Below, piece after piece: positions 26,101 to 38,412 of a stretch of DNA of 64,000 nucleotides. The position numbers were made by a program, and so were the translations under genes. How positions within the stretch are numbered: the first letter of the stretch is position 1; each line of letters opens with the position of its first letter. This DNA is from Eledone cirrhosa (Eukaryota), in contig OZ024752.1 of NCBI GenBank assembly GCA_964016885.1, forward strand, positions 43,586,001-43,650,000. Direction: 5' to 3'. The notes under the pieces are model-generated. The model did no database searches, had not been told where the DNA came from, and saw only the letters and a list, made by a program, of their open reading frames with translations.

Positions 26101-29100
26101 GTGCAACCGGAGCCATTTGAGTACATGTTAACACATTTAGGGGATGAAACAGGAATAATAAGGTAAGAAACCTTTTTTTTTTAACCTAATAACTATCACT
26201 ATTGATAATAAATGGCCAGGTAAAAATATGAAAAAATTTAAGAAATTTTGATAAACTACTTTTTTTAATTTCAATGTTACTTCCAATTGTATTTTTTCCT
26301 CTTGTAGAGGCAAGATGCATATATACACTCCTGAAAGTGCTCCAAGACGACGTTCTTCAAAGAAAGTTTATGGTAAAACTGAACTTGCTTATTATTGTTT
26401 AGTCTCATCATTCTCGACATTGATTTTTAACCTGTAATCTTTGCTATGTTTATTGTTCATCAAGTTTATTTAATGATTTTGTTTTGTTTTTGTTTTTAAG
26501 ATTTTCCCCTTTCTTTAAATCAAACCATAACAAATTCTTCTTCATATTTATACACACTACTTTGATGAAATATCTTAAATCTATAAAATACTAACGATTT
26601 AACTTTCATAAATTAAAATATTTACATTTTATAAACTTATCTGCATTTTGTTAAAAGATATATATAATGATGGTGCTCCAGCATGGTCTCAGCCTGTCAG
26701 CTAGAACATGTAATGGAGTAGTATATATATATATAAATTGAAGGATGAGTATTTTAGACTTTATTTTATCATGAGTTAAGGCTCTATTGATTTTTCCCTG
26801 GATTTCACTAAATTCTGTGGATGAATCTATATCCTGATTCTCTTTGAGATGAGTTTGAATTATTTTTCCCACATCTTACGTTAACTATTTTTCCCATTTT
26901 GACGCTATAGTCACTTATATATCATGGAATACTGTTGGCTTCTTGCTACAATGTTTTCTATACCTTTCATTTATATATATATATATAACTAGGTTTATTT
27001 GGTTTCATTTACACTGTTACAAGATTTTTGTAAATACTTGTTTTATTTTTCTAATACCTTAGCTATTTAAAAAAAAATATTAACACTTTCTTTCTTGCTG
27101 TATATATATTCTTGATTTGCCTTTTAAAATATATTACTTCAAGCTATTTTATGTAAATTAAGCAAATTAGACAAAGTTTTTTTTCATTTAATATATATGT
27201 ATAATATATATATATATAATAGCTTTCAAAATGATGTTGTTTTGAACAACATCTTTAATGATATCTCTTCAAGATGAATTTATGCAGGTGAGATATTAGA
27301 ATTATACACACAGGTAATAAAGCAAAATTGATGAATTGGCAGTTTTTAAAACATCAGATGGAATGCCTTTTGGTATTGGTTTCGGTTTTTTGTGCCTCCA
27401 AGAGTCGATGAATCAAATATCAGTTTCTTCCTTCCTGTCTCTCTATTTCTCTTTTTCTGGAATAAGTTGGCTGTATTCAGGCTGGGAGCGAGATGGGTTC
27501 CACCAGGTTTAAAATGCCCTATGTCATGCCAATGCCTCCATGACTCTATCAGGAGTTCTGGGCCATAACAATAATTTTTTTTTAAATCAAAGCCACCCAT
27601 ATAATATATATTATTTCATTAAATTGCTAATTTAAAATTTTTTTAAAAATTCATTAGTTAGAAAGTATATAAAAGAAAAACTATTTTTCTGTGTGTTTAA
27701 AATAATAATTTTCTGGCATCATATCAATATATCTAACTATCAAATTGATGTTATATCTTGATTGTGAAATGGCCCATGGCATAATATATTTGTATATAAA
27801 TCATAAGCTATAACTCCCTAAAATATAACAATATAACTCATGGACTGGTCTATATATTCAACATTTAGCACATCATCAATATTTGTATTATACTCTTTAA
27901 CCTCCAGATACAATATGATGCTTTTGAAAATTCAATTTGAAACTCTTGATAAGGTATTTGTTGCTGTATAATGACAAGATTTTTGGTATGTAACAAAAAC
28001 ATTATACAGTTATGTGTATGCATACAAAGAGATGTATAAACAAAACAAACCCTGCCTATCCTGTCTCATGCCTCAATATATCTATGTGCTTGGAATAGTG
28101 ATCCAAAATTGCTCTCAGTTCCTCTTCAACTATTCCCTATGGTATATAACTTACATTTTTGCACAATTTTTTACCCACAGTTATGAATTTGCATTCTCTT
28201 ACATCACAATCATCATTTTTACATCCACTTTTCCGTGCTGACATGGGTTGAAAAAGATTTCTGCAGCACTTTCTCTATGGCCAGATTCTCCTGATGACAC
28301 CAACCCTTATTGTATTATTCCTAGGTGTGGTATTTGTATTACTGACATTCATCAACCTGTTATGTAAGATATGTTGTCAATGTGAGACACAAATATCACC
28401 ACATGGTTTTTAAATGGTCTGGCCTAGCATGTGACCTTTCTAGTGCTGGTTCCACAATAGTACACCATGTAAAATGTTAGTGTTGGCACCATGATAAAAT
28501 GCACCCAGTCCACTCTGTAAGATGGTCGTCGTTAGGAAGGACATCCAGCTCAAGAAATTATGCCAAATAAGGAACATAATGAGCAAGATTGGTCACTGCA
28601 ACCTTGGCCCGTGACAACCTGTCTGACCCATGCCAATATGGAAAGGAGATGTAAAATGATGATGATGATCTGTTATATATATATATATTTATAGATAGGT
28701 AATTATATATATATATCTATAGATGGGCTTCCTTACAGTTTCTGTCTACCAAATTCACTCCCAAAGCATTGGCTGTACTGAAGATGTAGTAGAAGAACCC
28801 TGCCTAAAGATCCACACAGAGATCAAACCCAGAATCATGAGGTTTCAAAATAAACTTCTTTACCACACAACTGTACCTTCCCCTTCATAACCATACAGCC
28901 ATACCTGCCCCTTCATAACCATACAGCCATACCTGCCCCTTTATAACCATACAACCATACCTGTCTGGTTCTCTGAATGTCAAAGTATTAATCTCACTTT
29001 GACATCACTGCCACCTTGAAATGGCAGTCTCACCTTGAAATCATTAATTTCATTTTGAATTGGCATGTGTCCACCTGGAGTCACAAACATTGTATTTATG

Positions 29101-32100
29101 GTTGTCTGATGTATTGTACCTCCCTACCTTCCTGTCCCCATCCTTCCTCAATACTTTAATCTCTCCTTTAAAATAGTCAAAAAATGAAAATAAATAAAAC
29201 AGTGGGGACATTGGTTTGGATGTTTGAATATTGAAGGTAATTTCTTGACTCTTTGTTTGGTACAAGAACTACGTGAAAGGTGATATACCTAAAGCTGCTG
29301 GAGACAGCTTTATATGTAGCAATCTTATTAGTGACTGACTAAGAAATGCTGACGAAAGAAAGGAAAATAGTTATATGTGTCTGTGTATATGCATATCTCT
29401 ATCTCTCTCCATATATATATAACACATGTATCTGTGTGTGTGTGTGCATATATGTATGTATATATGTGTACTCCAGACACACACACACACACATATATAT
29501 ATAATGTAGTGGTAAGTTTACAAAATGCATTGTACAATTGAAATGTCGAAGTATGTCTTATTATTGAGCAGTTTAATGCACTGTGTAAATTATGACTATA
29601 AAATAGTTGGGAATCAGATATATATCCCCTTGAGGCAGAAACTTTAAACTTCTGGCACGGGTTGAATAGAGTTTTATCGCCTCTGGCTAGGCAAGTCTAT
29701 AAAATAGATGAGGCGGAACTTTTAATCTAATTACATAGCAAAACATGTTTTCTATTGGAAAACATTCTCTAAAATTAATAAAGCTGTCATTTTTGAGAAC
29801 AACAGGTACAATAATTAATATTTTTTCTAATTCCTCTTCAAGAAAGTAATGGCATATAAAGGCTTAAAGAACACATCCAACTTATATTGAAAGGAAAACA
29901 CAAATTACTAACAAACTAGTTAAAAAAATAAAGTTATGCTGTACAAGTTGGTGATACTAATCATGATTTGTTAGCAATAATTTTATATAGAAAACATAGA
30001 TTGACTAGCATATGCTATAAAGTGGTTGGCTTTAAAAAGGACATCCAACCGTAAAAACCAAGCCAAAATGAAGTGTCTGAACAAGCTGTATTCACCTGAC
30101 TGATCTAGCCACAGTACTTGACAGCCTGTCTCGTGCAAGCAAGGAAAATAGACATTAAACGATTATGACGTCAGTTCGTAAGAAATACATTAGGAAATAG
30201 TATGGTTTAAATATTATTAGCTAGAATTTATGGTAGTGGAAGGTTAATATAAAATGTAGTGTTGTATATAAATTAGAAAGTTTTTATCTAGAAGTAATAA
30301 GGTGAAAGCAAAGGCTATGAAGTAGGATTGAAATATTTCATGTTAAATATATGTATAGCTATATATAAATAAATATCAGTTATGCTTAGGTGTGGAAAAC
30401 TCTTACGGTACCTAATTATCAACTGTGGCAATGGGTGGGTGAACTGTATGTCTTAAATACTTATCTTTCAAACTCCTCTTATTTGCATTTTTGAAGGTTT
30501 ATTATGTTGAATGTTTTAAGTAGAATGCCTTATAACTAGTCTGAAAGTTCAGTAGTTACAGCCTTAACTATATCTTATATATTACAAAGTCCTTTAACAG
30601 TTTAAGTTATATTTCCTGATATTTACCTTATAGCTTGTCAATCTATATATCTACTATAAAACCTCTCTGTTGATTGCTTTACTCTCTATGTTATGATATT
30701 TCATTTTAGAATGGATTTCAAAAGTAGTTTGAATGATACAATTGTCATTTTGTTTTTCTATTCACCATTCCAAAGTGCTTTGAAACCTTTTGCAATGTTT
30801 GGCTGCTGCTGCTATGTTCACAAATCCTTACATTTACCAATACTTGTTTGATATTGTTAATGAAAACAAATAATCAATTTTTATATTATAAAATAATTAA
30901 ATTTCTACTTATGTAATGATGTTGTTTGGAAGATGGTTTAAGATGGTGCTATAAATAGCTCTTTGATGTTGATAATATTTGGAAGAAATGTTTCCTTTGA
31001 AACTGTATTCTTAAATAATTTGGAATACATATAGAAAGTTCTTTTTAAATACATTAACTGAATGTCATTTTACTCAAATATAGAATTGCTTATATTTGAT
31101 TTTGTAATTTGATAAATAAATTTTTGATTTAATATTAAAATTCAAATATGGTGGTGCATATGTTCTATGGTTTAACATTATTTTGAGCCATTGTTAAATT
31201 CCATCAACACATTAATCACAACATCAATTATCTATAATCATGATTGGTGAAGGACATCCAGCTTTAGAAAATCTTCCAGAGAGTTGGGGAGACTTTTCAG
31301 TTGTGTCAAAGACATAACAACCTTCCAGTGGTGGTGCCACAATAAAATACACTCAGTAGAGCATGGGAACAGATGTAAGCAATATCTGGGCCCCCAGTTT
31401 ATCTTAGCAGGATAGTATCGAAGATACAAGGCCCTTGTGTTTCTCTTTTGCTTTTAAATTCTTTAATTCCAAATATAAGACAGATGAAGCTGGACAATCA
31501 CAACTTTAAATTTAACTTACTTATATACATATTATGATGGAGGGCTTAATATATATAGAAGATCAATATGTGTATATAGAATAAAACAAAATATATTTGA
31601 TTGATGGTGTGGTGGGGGTTCTTCTCTAAAATATATTACTTTTGTTTAAATATATTAAATATTTTCATAGCATAAAATTCAAATTATGTAATCACTAAGA
31701 TGAATGCCTACTTAAAAGAAATATAAATATATACTTTAACATTGAATGTTATTATATAATGTGTTGGTAATTAGGAAAATATTTATATTTAGATTGTTTT
31801 CTCATTTGTTGATCAACTTTCTTCACATGTTTTTCTAGGAACATATCTAAACTTTGATTTTGAAATGAACAAACAACTGAATGGCTTTTATTTTATTTTC
31901 AGAACTGGTTTCAATTGATACGGAGTATCATGATCCCGAGCTTTATCTTGTTGATTCTCCAAGACTTGAAAAGCTCAATGAAGGACGTTATGTTAATGCA
32001 CCTCCTTTTAATGGGTTTTCTGGAGCAGGTTACCCTGAAACAAATCCAGCTCCCATTCCAGCTCTACCCCCAACTACTACTAGCGTCGCTACTCAGGTAT

Positions 32101-33099
32101 ACCCTCCTGATAGCCAGCTCAGTGGTGATCCCTGGCCTTTTGGCATTACAGATAAACAAGGTGTACTTACTTCCTTCGAGACTAGCACTGATTCGATGCT
32201 TGGTGCTTTGCCCCGTAAAGGCAAACCTTACATGGGACAGTCAAGTCTCGAAGTAAGTCAACGTCAGATGTTGCCTGCACCTGTAACTCCAGTTGGCAGT
32301 ACTGGAACTTCCAAGATGACAGAGAGTGCTGTGTTCAGTTTTAGTAGCACCTGTCCTGAAAGTATTTCTGCAGAAGCTAGAGATGCAACTATGGCTCCTC
32401 CTGTTCCTACACCAAGGAAAACTAAGCATGTAAGTCATTATTTTCATTTTACTGGCTTTATATTTTCAAAACCATTTATTTGGTGCTGGTATTACAATAA
32501 TGCACCCAGCACACCTAGTCTGTCTTCAAACAATTTTAACAAAACTCCAGAGGCATAACTAGGGTATGGCAAGCATGGCATGTGCCATGGGCCCCACATG
32601 AAGGGGGTGCCACTTGGACTAGGAGCACGTTCTATTAAAGTCAATTAAGCCCCGTCGGAGAGTGAAAAAAGAAACTCCTTCAGATGTATGATCTGTCTGA
32701 TTAATGTGAGATAAAGCCTTTACCATGAAAATACAATAGTATATATAGAGTAATGTGAATGCTAAAGGGTTAATTGAACAATGTATGTTTTGTAACCTAT
32801 CTCTTCTCTTTACAAACCATAAATGTTTTTGTAAGATTAGTTAAATATGTTTTACTTATTTTCAGCAGTCCGATGCTGGCTATGCCCATTTAAAGAAACC
32901 CGACACAGTTCAGGAATGGCTTGGTTGTCTTGGCCTTTCAGAATATACTAATACTTTCATCATTAACGGTTGGGACTCGATCTCTTATCTCGGCTACCTG
33001 ACAAATGATGACTTAGTGAATATGCACATAAGGAACCCAAAACATCGTGATCGTCTCCTGCGCAGTCTGCAGGACATGAATTTGAAGTTCACTGGTTGA
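7133..33099 (+). CDS. INPPL1: SH2-containing inositol polyphosphate 5-phosphatase, SHIP2/INPPL1-like (25 coding exons, 1123 aa)
   Basis: Hand-spliced exons: 7133-7260, 8783-8846, 9637-9787, 10306-10414, 10705-10845, 11143-11236, 11357-11428, 11723-11863, 12581-12713, 15702-15899, 17708-17907, 18337-18454, 18962-19058, 19767-19905, 20928-21027, 21585-21682, 22092-22173, 22937-23082, 23982-24039, 24368-24456, 25658-25748, 26066-26162, 26308-26372, 31903-32429, 32866-33099. Total 3372 nt, all phases consistent, GT-AG except one GC-AG. Motifs: SH2 (DGSFLIRESE), IFIGTWNMG, GNKGAV, NSHL, WFGDLNYRV, FLPTYR, PSWCDRVMW, SDHRPVF, C2-like DYLEEQHILI, C-terminal SAM (EWLGCLGLSEY...NGWD). An in-frame TAG at 7100-7102 upstream supports the ATG. 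The SAM domain favours SHIP2 over SHIP1. Confidence 0.93.
8995..9206 (-). mobile_element. piggyBac-type MITE copy, inverted (partial inverted copy also at ~9968-10100)
   Basis: Reverse complement of the 1206-1421 family, TTAA-flanked. Confidence 0.82.
12097..12201. repeat. Tandem duplication, ~55 bp x2
   Basis: TAGAAGGGTAGATATATGTTGGGT.CATAGA.ATCACCAACAGCCCCTAAC starts at 12097 and at 12152. Confidence 0.85.
13504..14040 (-). mobile_element. Internally deleted irritans-subfamily (Hsmar2-like) mariner with TIRs and TA TSD
   Basis: TA|TGAGGGGGCTTCAAAAAGTTTGTGGAAAAA ... TTTTTCAATGGACTGTTTGAAGCCCCCTTG|TA. ORF 13556-13894 joins the N-terminal HTH (NIKVMVKLGW...VYGDNAPKKS) to the C-terminus (LQKCIDLDGAYVEK). 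Confidence 0.9.
16168..16694 (-). mobile_element. ORF-less retrozyme/Penelope-like element with ~43 bp terminal direct repeats, inserted in (TA)n
   Basis: Direct repeat ATATAAAGGAATAAACACAGTAAATTGTG(CA)TTTAGAATTACAA at 16168-16209 and 16651-16694; internal hammerhead motif and hairpins. Confidence 0.65.
16307..16395 (-). ncRNA. Variant type I hammerhead ribozyme
   Basis: Minus-strand RNA: AUCUCCCG-CUGAGGA-CU-GCCU...GGGC-GAAA-CAGAUUA(AUCUC)UAAUCUG-UC/CAGGAGAU. Conserved CUGAnGA and GAAA boxes, GUC cleavage triplet, perfect 7-bp stem III, 7/8-bp stem I. Confidence 0.7.
16709..17421 (-). mobile_element. Non-autonomous Helitron
   Basis: Minus strand begins A|TCTATATATC with a (GTCT)n microsatellite and ends CCCGAGCAACTCCTGG..CTGCTAG|T: TC...CTAG termini in an AT target with an imperfect GC-rich subterminal hairpin. 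Confidence 0.75.
18650..18885 (+). mobile_element. Diverged tRNA SINE interrupted by an internally deleted piggyBac MITE (18789-18866)
   Basis: SINE sequence ...GAAATAAGTACCA[TTAA...GGG TTAA]AGTACTGG resumes after the TTAA-flanked MITE. Confidence 0.7.
19140..19400 (-). mobile_element. RTE LINE 3' fragment with (GAT)n tail
   Basis: Translation ELRMKLSIRGINCSVQERRLHWYGYVMHM is homologous to 37537-37881. Confidence 0.8.
19935..20446 (-). mobile_element. Non-autonomous Helitron (second family)
   Basis: A|TCTATATAC...CCCGGGTATTACCGGG..CAGCTAG|T on the minus strand: TC/CTAG termini, subterminal hairpin, (TTTG)n tract near the 5' end. Confidence 0.78.
22440..22660 (+). mobile_element. RTE LINE 3' fragment
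   Basis: Homologous to the 37235-37890 element (VQERRLQW.GHV...DGSYGRGRPRKAWNE). Confidence 0.75.
28870..28962. repeat. 28-bp minisatellite, about 3 copies
   Basis: CATAACCATACAGCCATACCTGCCCCTT repeated. Confidence 0.85.
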
Positions 33100-33706
33100 T
33101 CCAAGTTATCAACAAATGAATTCTAGCTCAACAACAACAACAACAACATTCAGCTCTGTCACTCTGCAATATCTTCCTTAGCCTTCCCTGTCTATTTCTA
33201 TTTATGCTGGCTGCTACAGGTTTTTTTTTTTGTTTTGGTTTTTTTATATATAAGTGGCTAGACAAATGCTTCATGGTACATAAATATGTATTGTAGTAGC
33301 ATTTACATAGTACTGATTGTAAAAACTGTCACTCAAACATACACACACGTGCAAATATACACATACAAAAAAATGTATGTTTACTTTGAAGCTGTTTCTT
33401 TAGTTTACTAGTACAGACGCACACTTTTCCTACAAGTATATATGCTAATGTACATCTATTGATACAAATTGAAGTTTGAATGTACATTTAAGATGTGACT
33501 CAACTAACAAATGTTCAATTCTAAATGAGAATACTGTTGTGACTAGTTTTCTCTTTTTTTTTTCTCTTAAGTCATTGAAGAAGCACATCATATGTTGATT
33601 TGCACTTAAATATCCAGAGTAACTTGGAAGTGTGTGTATGGGTGTATGTGTGTGTATACATAAACAAACGGATACATTCTTCAGAAAGATTTAACATTAT
33701 TTCCTA

Positions 33707-33838
33707 GTTACGTCCCTTTACGGACTGAGTTCAAATCCCGCCGAGGTTAACTTTGCCTTTCATCCTTACGGGGTCGATAAAATAAAGTACCAGTAATACA
33801 CTGGGATAATTGCTGGCCTTGTGCCAAAAGTAGAAACA
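33707..33838 (+). mobile_element. 5'-truncated tRNA SINE downstream of the SHIP2 stop codon
   Basis: TSD ATTATTTCCTA at 33696-33706 and 33839-33849; B-box GAGTTCAAATCC. Confidence 0.88.
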
Positions 33839-35876
33839 ATTATTTCCTATAATGTTTGTTTAAATTATTTTTCACTTTGGAGGGAATTTCGTTAAAGTTA
33901 CAACAGCTTTTGATAAATTTCATTTTCATTATTTGATCTTCTCTCTCTTTATCTCTCTCTCTCTCTATCTGTCTATCTATCATTTATGTGTTTGTATGTA
34001 CATGTGAACATTTAGCTAAGCATACTCACATGAGTGTATATAAATGAATTAGTGATTACAGGATTCTATGCACACATGCATACACTCATATGCTCATACC
34101 CATATACCCGAGTGTGTATATTAATGTGATGTGTGTGTGTGTAGTCACATTCATGCTGAGATGTTTAGCTATGTGTTTATAACTGTATATATATAAACGG
34201 TATTCTTACATGCATTCAGACACATACATTCAGTGTATTTTCATCAAATTTACCAACAAAATTTTACTTATATTACTAGAACAGACCTCAGTATTGTTTT
34301 TGTAATGGATGTTGTTTGTGCATTTATATGCACATTTCAATCTCACTAAGAAAAGAAAAAAATGTTGCAATATAAACATTTGACAAAAAATATACATGCA
34401 ACTAATTTTACTGTGCAATATATAAATCTATGTATAAAATATCTATGTGCATATGTGTGTACATACATGTACATGTATGTCTATATACATTAACATGTAT
34501 ATCTATAGATTCATTCCAGAAATAATGCTGCTGTATAGGTGATTAAAATTATTTACTCAAATACACAAAAAAAAAAAGACTAAAATCTAGAATTATCCCC
34601 TAAAAATACTTAACATACACTATTTTAGTGTATGTTCTTTTGTATCTGTATCAGATGCATTTTTTTCCCTTACGTACCATTAACCAGTGAATAAGTTTTT
34701 TAAAGAGACAATATTTATTTTGTGTTTGGGAATGGGAGGAAGCAACAAAAACAACACTGCATAAATTACCATTATGATTTCTTTTATTTCTTAATGTATA
34801 TTTCATCCTCACATATTAAATAATATATTCATGCATTTTTTAAAAGATATTATGACAGCTTCAGAAGTTGCCAGATCGCAGTAAAGCTGTCCATCTATAA
34901 AGAAATATCTCTCATTATTATTTGTTCCGCTGCCAGTTCATTACATTTAATCATGTTAAGAAATCAAATAATTCTTGCTGTATAAGCTATAAAAGACAGT
35001 ATCGAGATTAACTGCAGCTCCCTTCTGTTGCCTTCTTTAACAATACTAGTCTTAACTGTAAGGAATTAAAGTTTTTTTTAAATGTTATCTTCTGTAGATA
35101 TTTAAAAAATTTCTTTTTATGAATGTTTGAGACTATTAATATGGACTTTTTAACTACTTATTTCCTTATTTTAGATGTTCAGTCTAAATTTGACAATAAT
35201 GTTATATTTTTCAAATTATTTATCATGCTGCTCTTATTAATATCTTTTAATTAAAAAAGTATGACAATCTGTCACAAATTAATTCTTTTACAACACCACC
35301 ATCTGGTAGCTGCTTCTATTCTAAAATGATGTATGTATGTGAGTATTTGTGAATATGTTTGTGTGTGTGTATGCGTGTTTTCATTTTTATTTTATATGTA
35401 TTATATGTTGATATCCCAGCAAAACTCAGTGTGCATTTATACATATTGAAACACATACATAGATACATACACACACACACGTGTGTATAACTATGTGTAT
35501 GTGTGTATGTATATAATGTGTGCTTGCCTGTGTGTGTACAAGTTTCTATATTGTATCTATCCTCTATAAATTTCTGCTTTATTGCAGCTAACATTTTGGT
35601 TTGTTCTATAATTTTCTCTGATTTCTTCTTTTAATATTTTTGTCCTTAAATGAAAGACTTCAGTATTATTTTCTAATTTGACAATTTACATCGTTTGAGA
35701 GATACTTTTCTTTTCTGTTTGTTTATTTTATTTTTTGTTGTCGGCTTTCTATTTTTCTTTAATAGTTATGAAGAATCTCGACATAGTTTGAAATAATCAG
35801 TGTTTTGTAATATATCATTTGAAGAGAGATTATTTCAACAAAATCAAAGTTTTTATTTTATTATATGTTGCATCAG

Positions 35877-36095
35877 GGCTGTGGATTGGCAGTAATCGGT
35901 AGAGCGTCAGACACCATGCTTTACAGCATAGAGTTACGGTCCTTTACGTTATGAGTTCAAATCCCGCCGAGGTTAGCTTTGCCTTTCATCCTTACGGGGT
36001 CGATAAAATAAAGCACCAGTAATGTACTGGGGTTGCTTTAACCAATTTTCCCCTCCCCTTCAAATTGCTGGCCTTGTGCCTAAATGAGAAACAAA
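35877..36095 (+). mobile_element. Full-length tRNA-derived SINE
   Basis: 15-bp TSD TATATGTTGCATCAG at 35862-35876 and 36096-36110; A-box TGGCAGTAATCGG, B-box GAGTTCAAATCC, core GCCTTTCATCCTTACGGGGTCGATAAAATAAAG.ACCAG. Confidence 0.9.
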
Positions 36096-36374
36096 TATAT
36101 GTTGCATCAGTATTATTTCCACACATGTTGACTAGTTAATTACATGAAGAAGAAGTATCTAATCGTACTAGACATTTTACCTACCTATGTAAATATATAT
36201 ATACAAGTGATGATTTAAATTTCATTTAAAGCCTTTTATATTATTAAATAATTACATGCTCTTGGGGATTTACAACACCCAAATAATTTATAAACCTTTT
36301 CAATTGCAGTTGATACTGTGTTGAACTGTCCGAATGAGAGTTAAAATTTATAGAAATGAAAATCTCCATGGTTA

Positions 36375-36411
<37 letters not shown>

Positions 36412-37234
36412 AGCAAAACATCCAGATAGCAAACACAAGGACACCATCCCTATTGTATTTTTTTTAATCCTTATTCACAATAAAAAAAAAAAAAGGTTTT
36501 GTTTTACTCACAGCAGATACTTAAATAAAAGAAAATAAGTCCCAAACAAGATCATTTTTGTTATCATTTCAATTCCAATATTGATAAAATAAGTGTTTTT
36601 TTTTTAATGTTTATGAACCACAGAGTTTCAAATAAGTATTTTCTCTGGAATGGAGCAGGTTTCTCTTCCAAAAGAAACTAAACTTAAATGGTTGGATAGA
36701 GATAGGAAAAGCTAACCCAAAACAAAATGTACTGATATATTATTATAATTTAGTTCTATGTATTGATTTTTCAGACAGTGGATCATACTAGGCAGGCCAG
36801 AAATGATCATGTTCTATATAAAAGGCAAGACAGAACACAATACATTTGGGAAAATTGTAAGAGTGCTTATAAGTCGGATTATATATTTCTTACTACACAA
36901 AATATAGAAGTGTTAATGGTGTAATTTAAAACTTAATCTTTTCATTACATTTCTTATGACACTGTATTTCAATTAATTAATGAAAAATTTGGAGGAATTT
37001 ACTACAAACCATACAAAATAATTTTATATAAAATCATATTGTATGGTTTGAATTTAACTGGGAACCCTTTAAAATGAATGGTTTTGTTTCATATAACCAG
37101 ATCTGGTTTTCACTGAGCTGATATCAAATGGGTTGGGAGTTTAGTTTTGTCTTTCATTTATAATTCTTTATTTCTTCGATATATGTTTACTTCTAAGTAC
37201 TCTTATAGTTCTTCTAAATGTTCATGTTCTTTAA

Positions 37235-37890
37235 TCATCATCACCGTTTTACGTCCATTCTTCCACGCTAGCATGGGTTAGACGGGTTGTCCTGTTGTGG
37301 GCAGTAGCCGCTCGGCTGACCATGTCTTGCTCATACGGGAAATGATTCTGGCTTAATTTCTACAGCTGGATGCCCTTCCTAACACCAACCTCATTTACAG
37401 TGAGTGCTTGGTGCTTTTTTCCGTGCCGCCTACACGTCCACTTTACAGTGTGGGCTGGGTGCTGGGGGCTTTTTTCCGTGGCACCTCCACGACCACTTTG
37501 CAGTGGGAGGGGGTGGGGGCATATTGTCTATATGCTTCAGCTTCGGCTTGTACCCGCGGGGAGTCGGGTCTTCTGTATTACTGCGTGACGCCAGAGGTCA
37601 CGGTCGTGTGTCATCGCCTTTGAGAGGTGTAATTGGTTAAGGTCGGCTTTTATCACCTCATCCCAAGTCTTCTTGGGTCTCCCCACTCCACAGCTTCCAT
37701 CGACTTCTAGTGCTCTGCACCTTTTTATGCAGCTATCATCCTTCATACGCATCACATGTCCATACCAACGCAACCTCCTCTCCTGCACACAGCATTTGAT
37801 TCCTCTTATGCTCAGTCTCTCTCTCAATTCGTTCATGCTTTGCCGTTCGCGTATATTACTATTACACATCCATCGGAGCATGCAGGCTTA
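37235..37890 (-). mobile_element. 5'-truncated RTE LINE (ORF C-terminus, 3'UTR, GAT tail)
   Basis: ORF 37537-37881 MLRWMC...ERRLRWYGHVMR...GRPKKTWDEVIKADL...DRDLWR. Its 3'UTR is shared with short SINE-like copies at ~15966-16150, 19440-19650, 28480-28670, 54290-54500 and 62840-63002. Confidence 0.9.
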
Positions 37891-38196
37891 AATTTTTATT
37901 TAAATAGTTTTGTTGTATTGGTTTTATAAATTTAGTTTTATACACTATTTAGCGCAATATTCCAATATTGCGCTAAACAAGTATTTCTTAATTTATAATG
38001 ATATTTTTAAGACAGCCTATCAATTCAAAAGTTCTTTAGTCCTAAATTTACTGAGTATTGTATGTATATTGATTTGTAGATAATAATGGTTGTGTGTGGG
38101 GCATATATATAGGTTGGTGTCCAGAAAATACTGTCTAGTTTCTATAATAATTACATATAAAATATATGTTAACAGCCGACATTGTTATGCCAGCAC

Positions 38197-38412
38197 TTAA
38201 TCCTTTAACATTTACATTACTCTATATATACTATTGTATTTTCACGGTAAAGGCTTCATCTCACATAATATCAAATCTATGAAATTTTGATATTACTTAT
38301 GTTGAGAACAAAACCTTAACATCAGTATGAGCGGCCAATTACAGCCAGTTTTAACAGAAGGAGATGAGAGAATTCTGGCCGATTACTGCCAGTTTAAATG
38401 CAAAAGGGTTAA
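38197..38412 (-). mobile_element. piggyBac-type MITE copy, inverted
   Basis: TTAA-flanked reverse copy of the 1206-1421 family. Confidence 0.83.

Noticed and set aside
27274-27287. Possible 14-nt microexon (aag|ATGAATTTATGCAG|gtgag) in SHIP2 intron 23
   Set aside because: It is not frame-preserving between phase-1 junctions and the AAG acceptor is weak; no support without RNA data.
31881-32558. 225-aa ORF as a standalone gene
   Set aside because: It is SHIP2 exon 24 (31903-32429) plus intronic read-through; the overlapping ORFs are shadows.
35877-35970. tRNA gene
   Set aside because: A/B boxes are present, but it is the head of a multi-copy SINE with TSDs and no intact cloverleaf.
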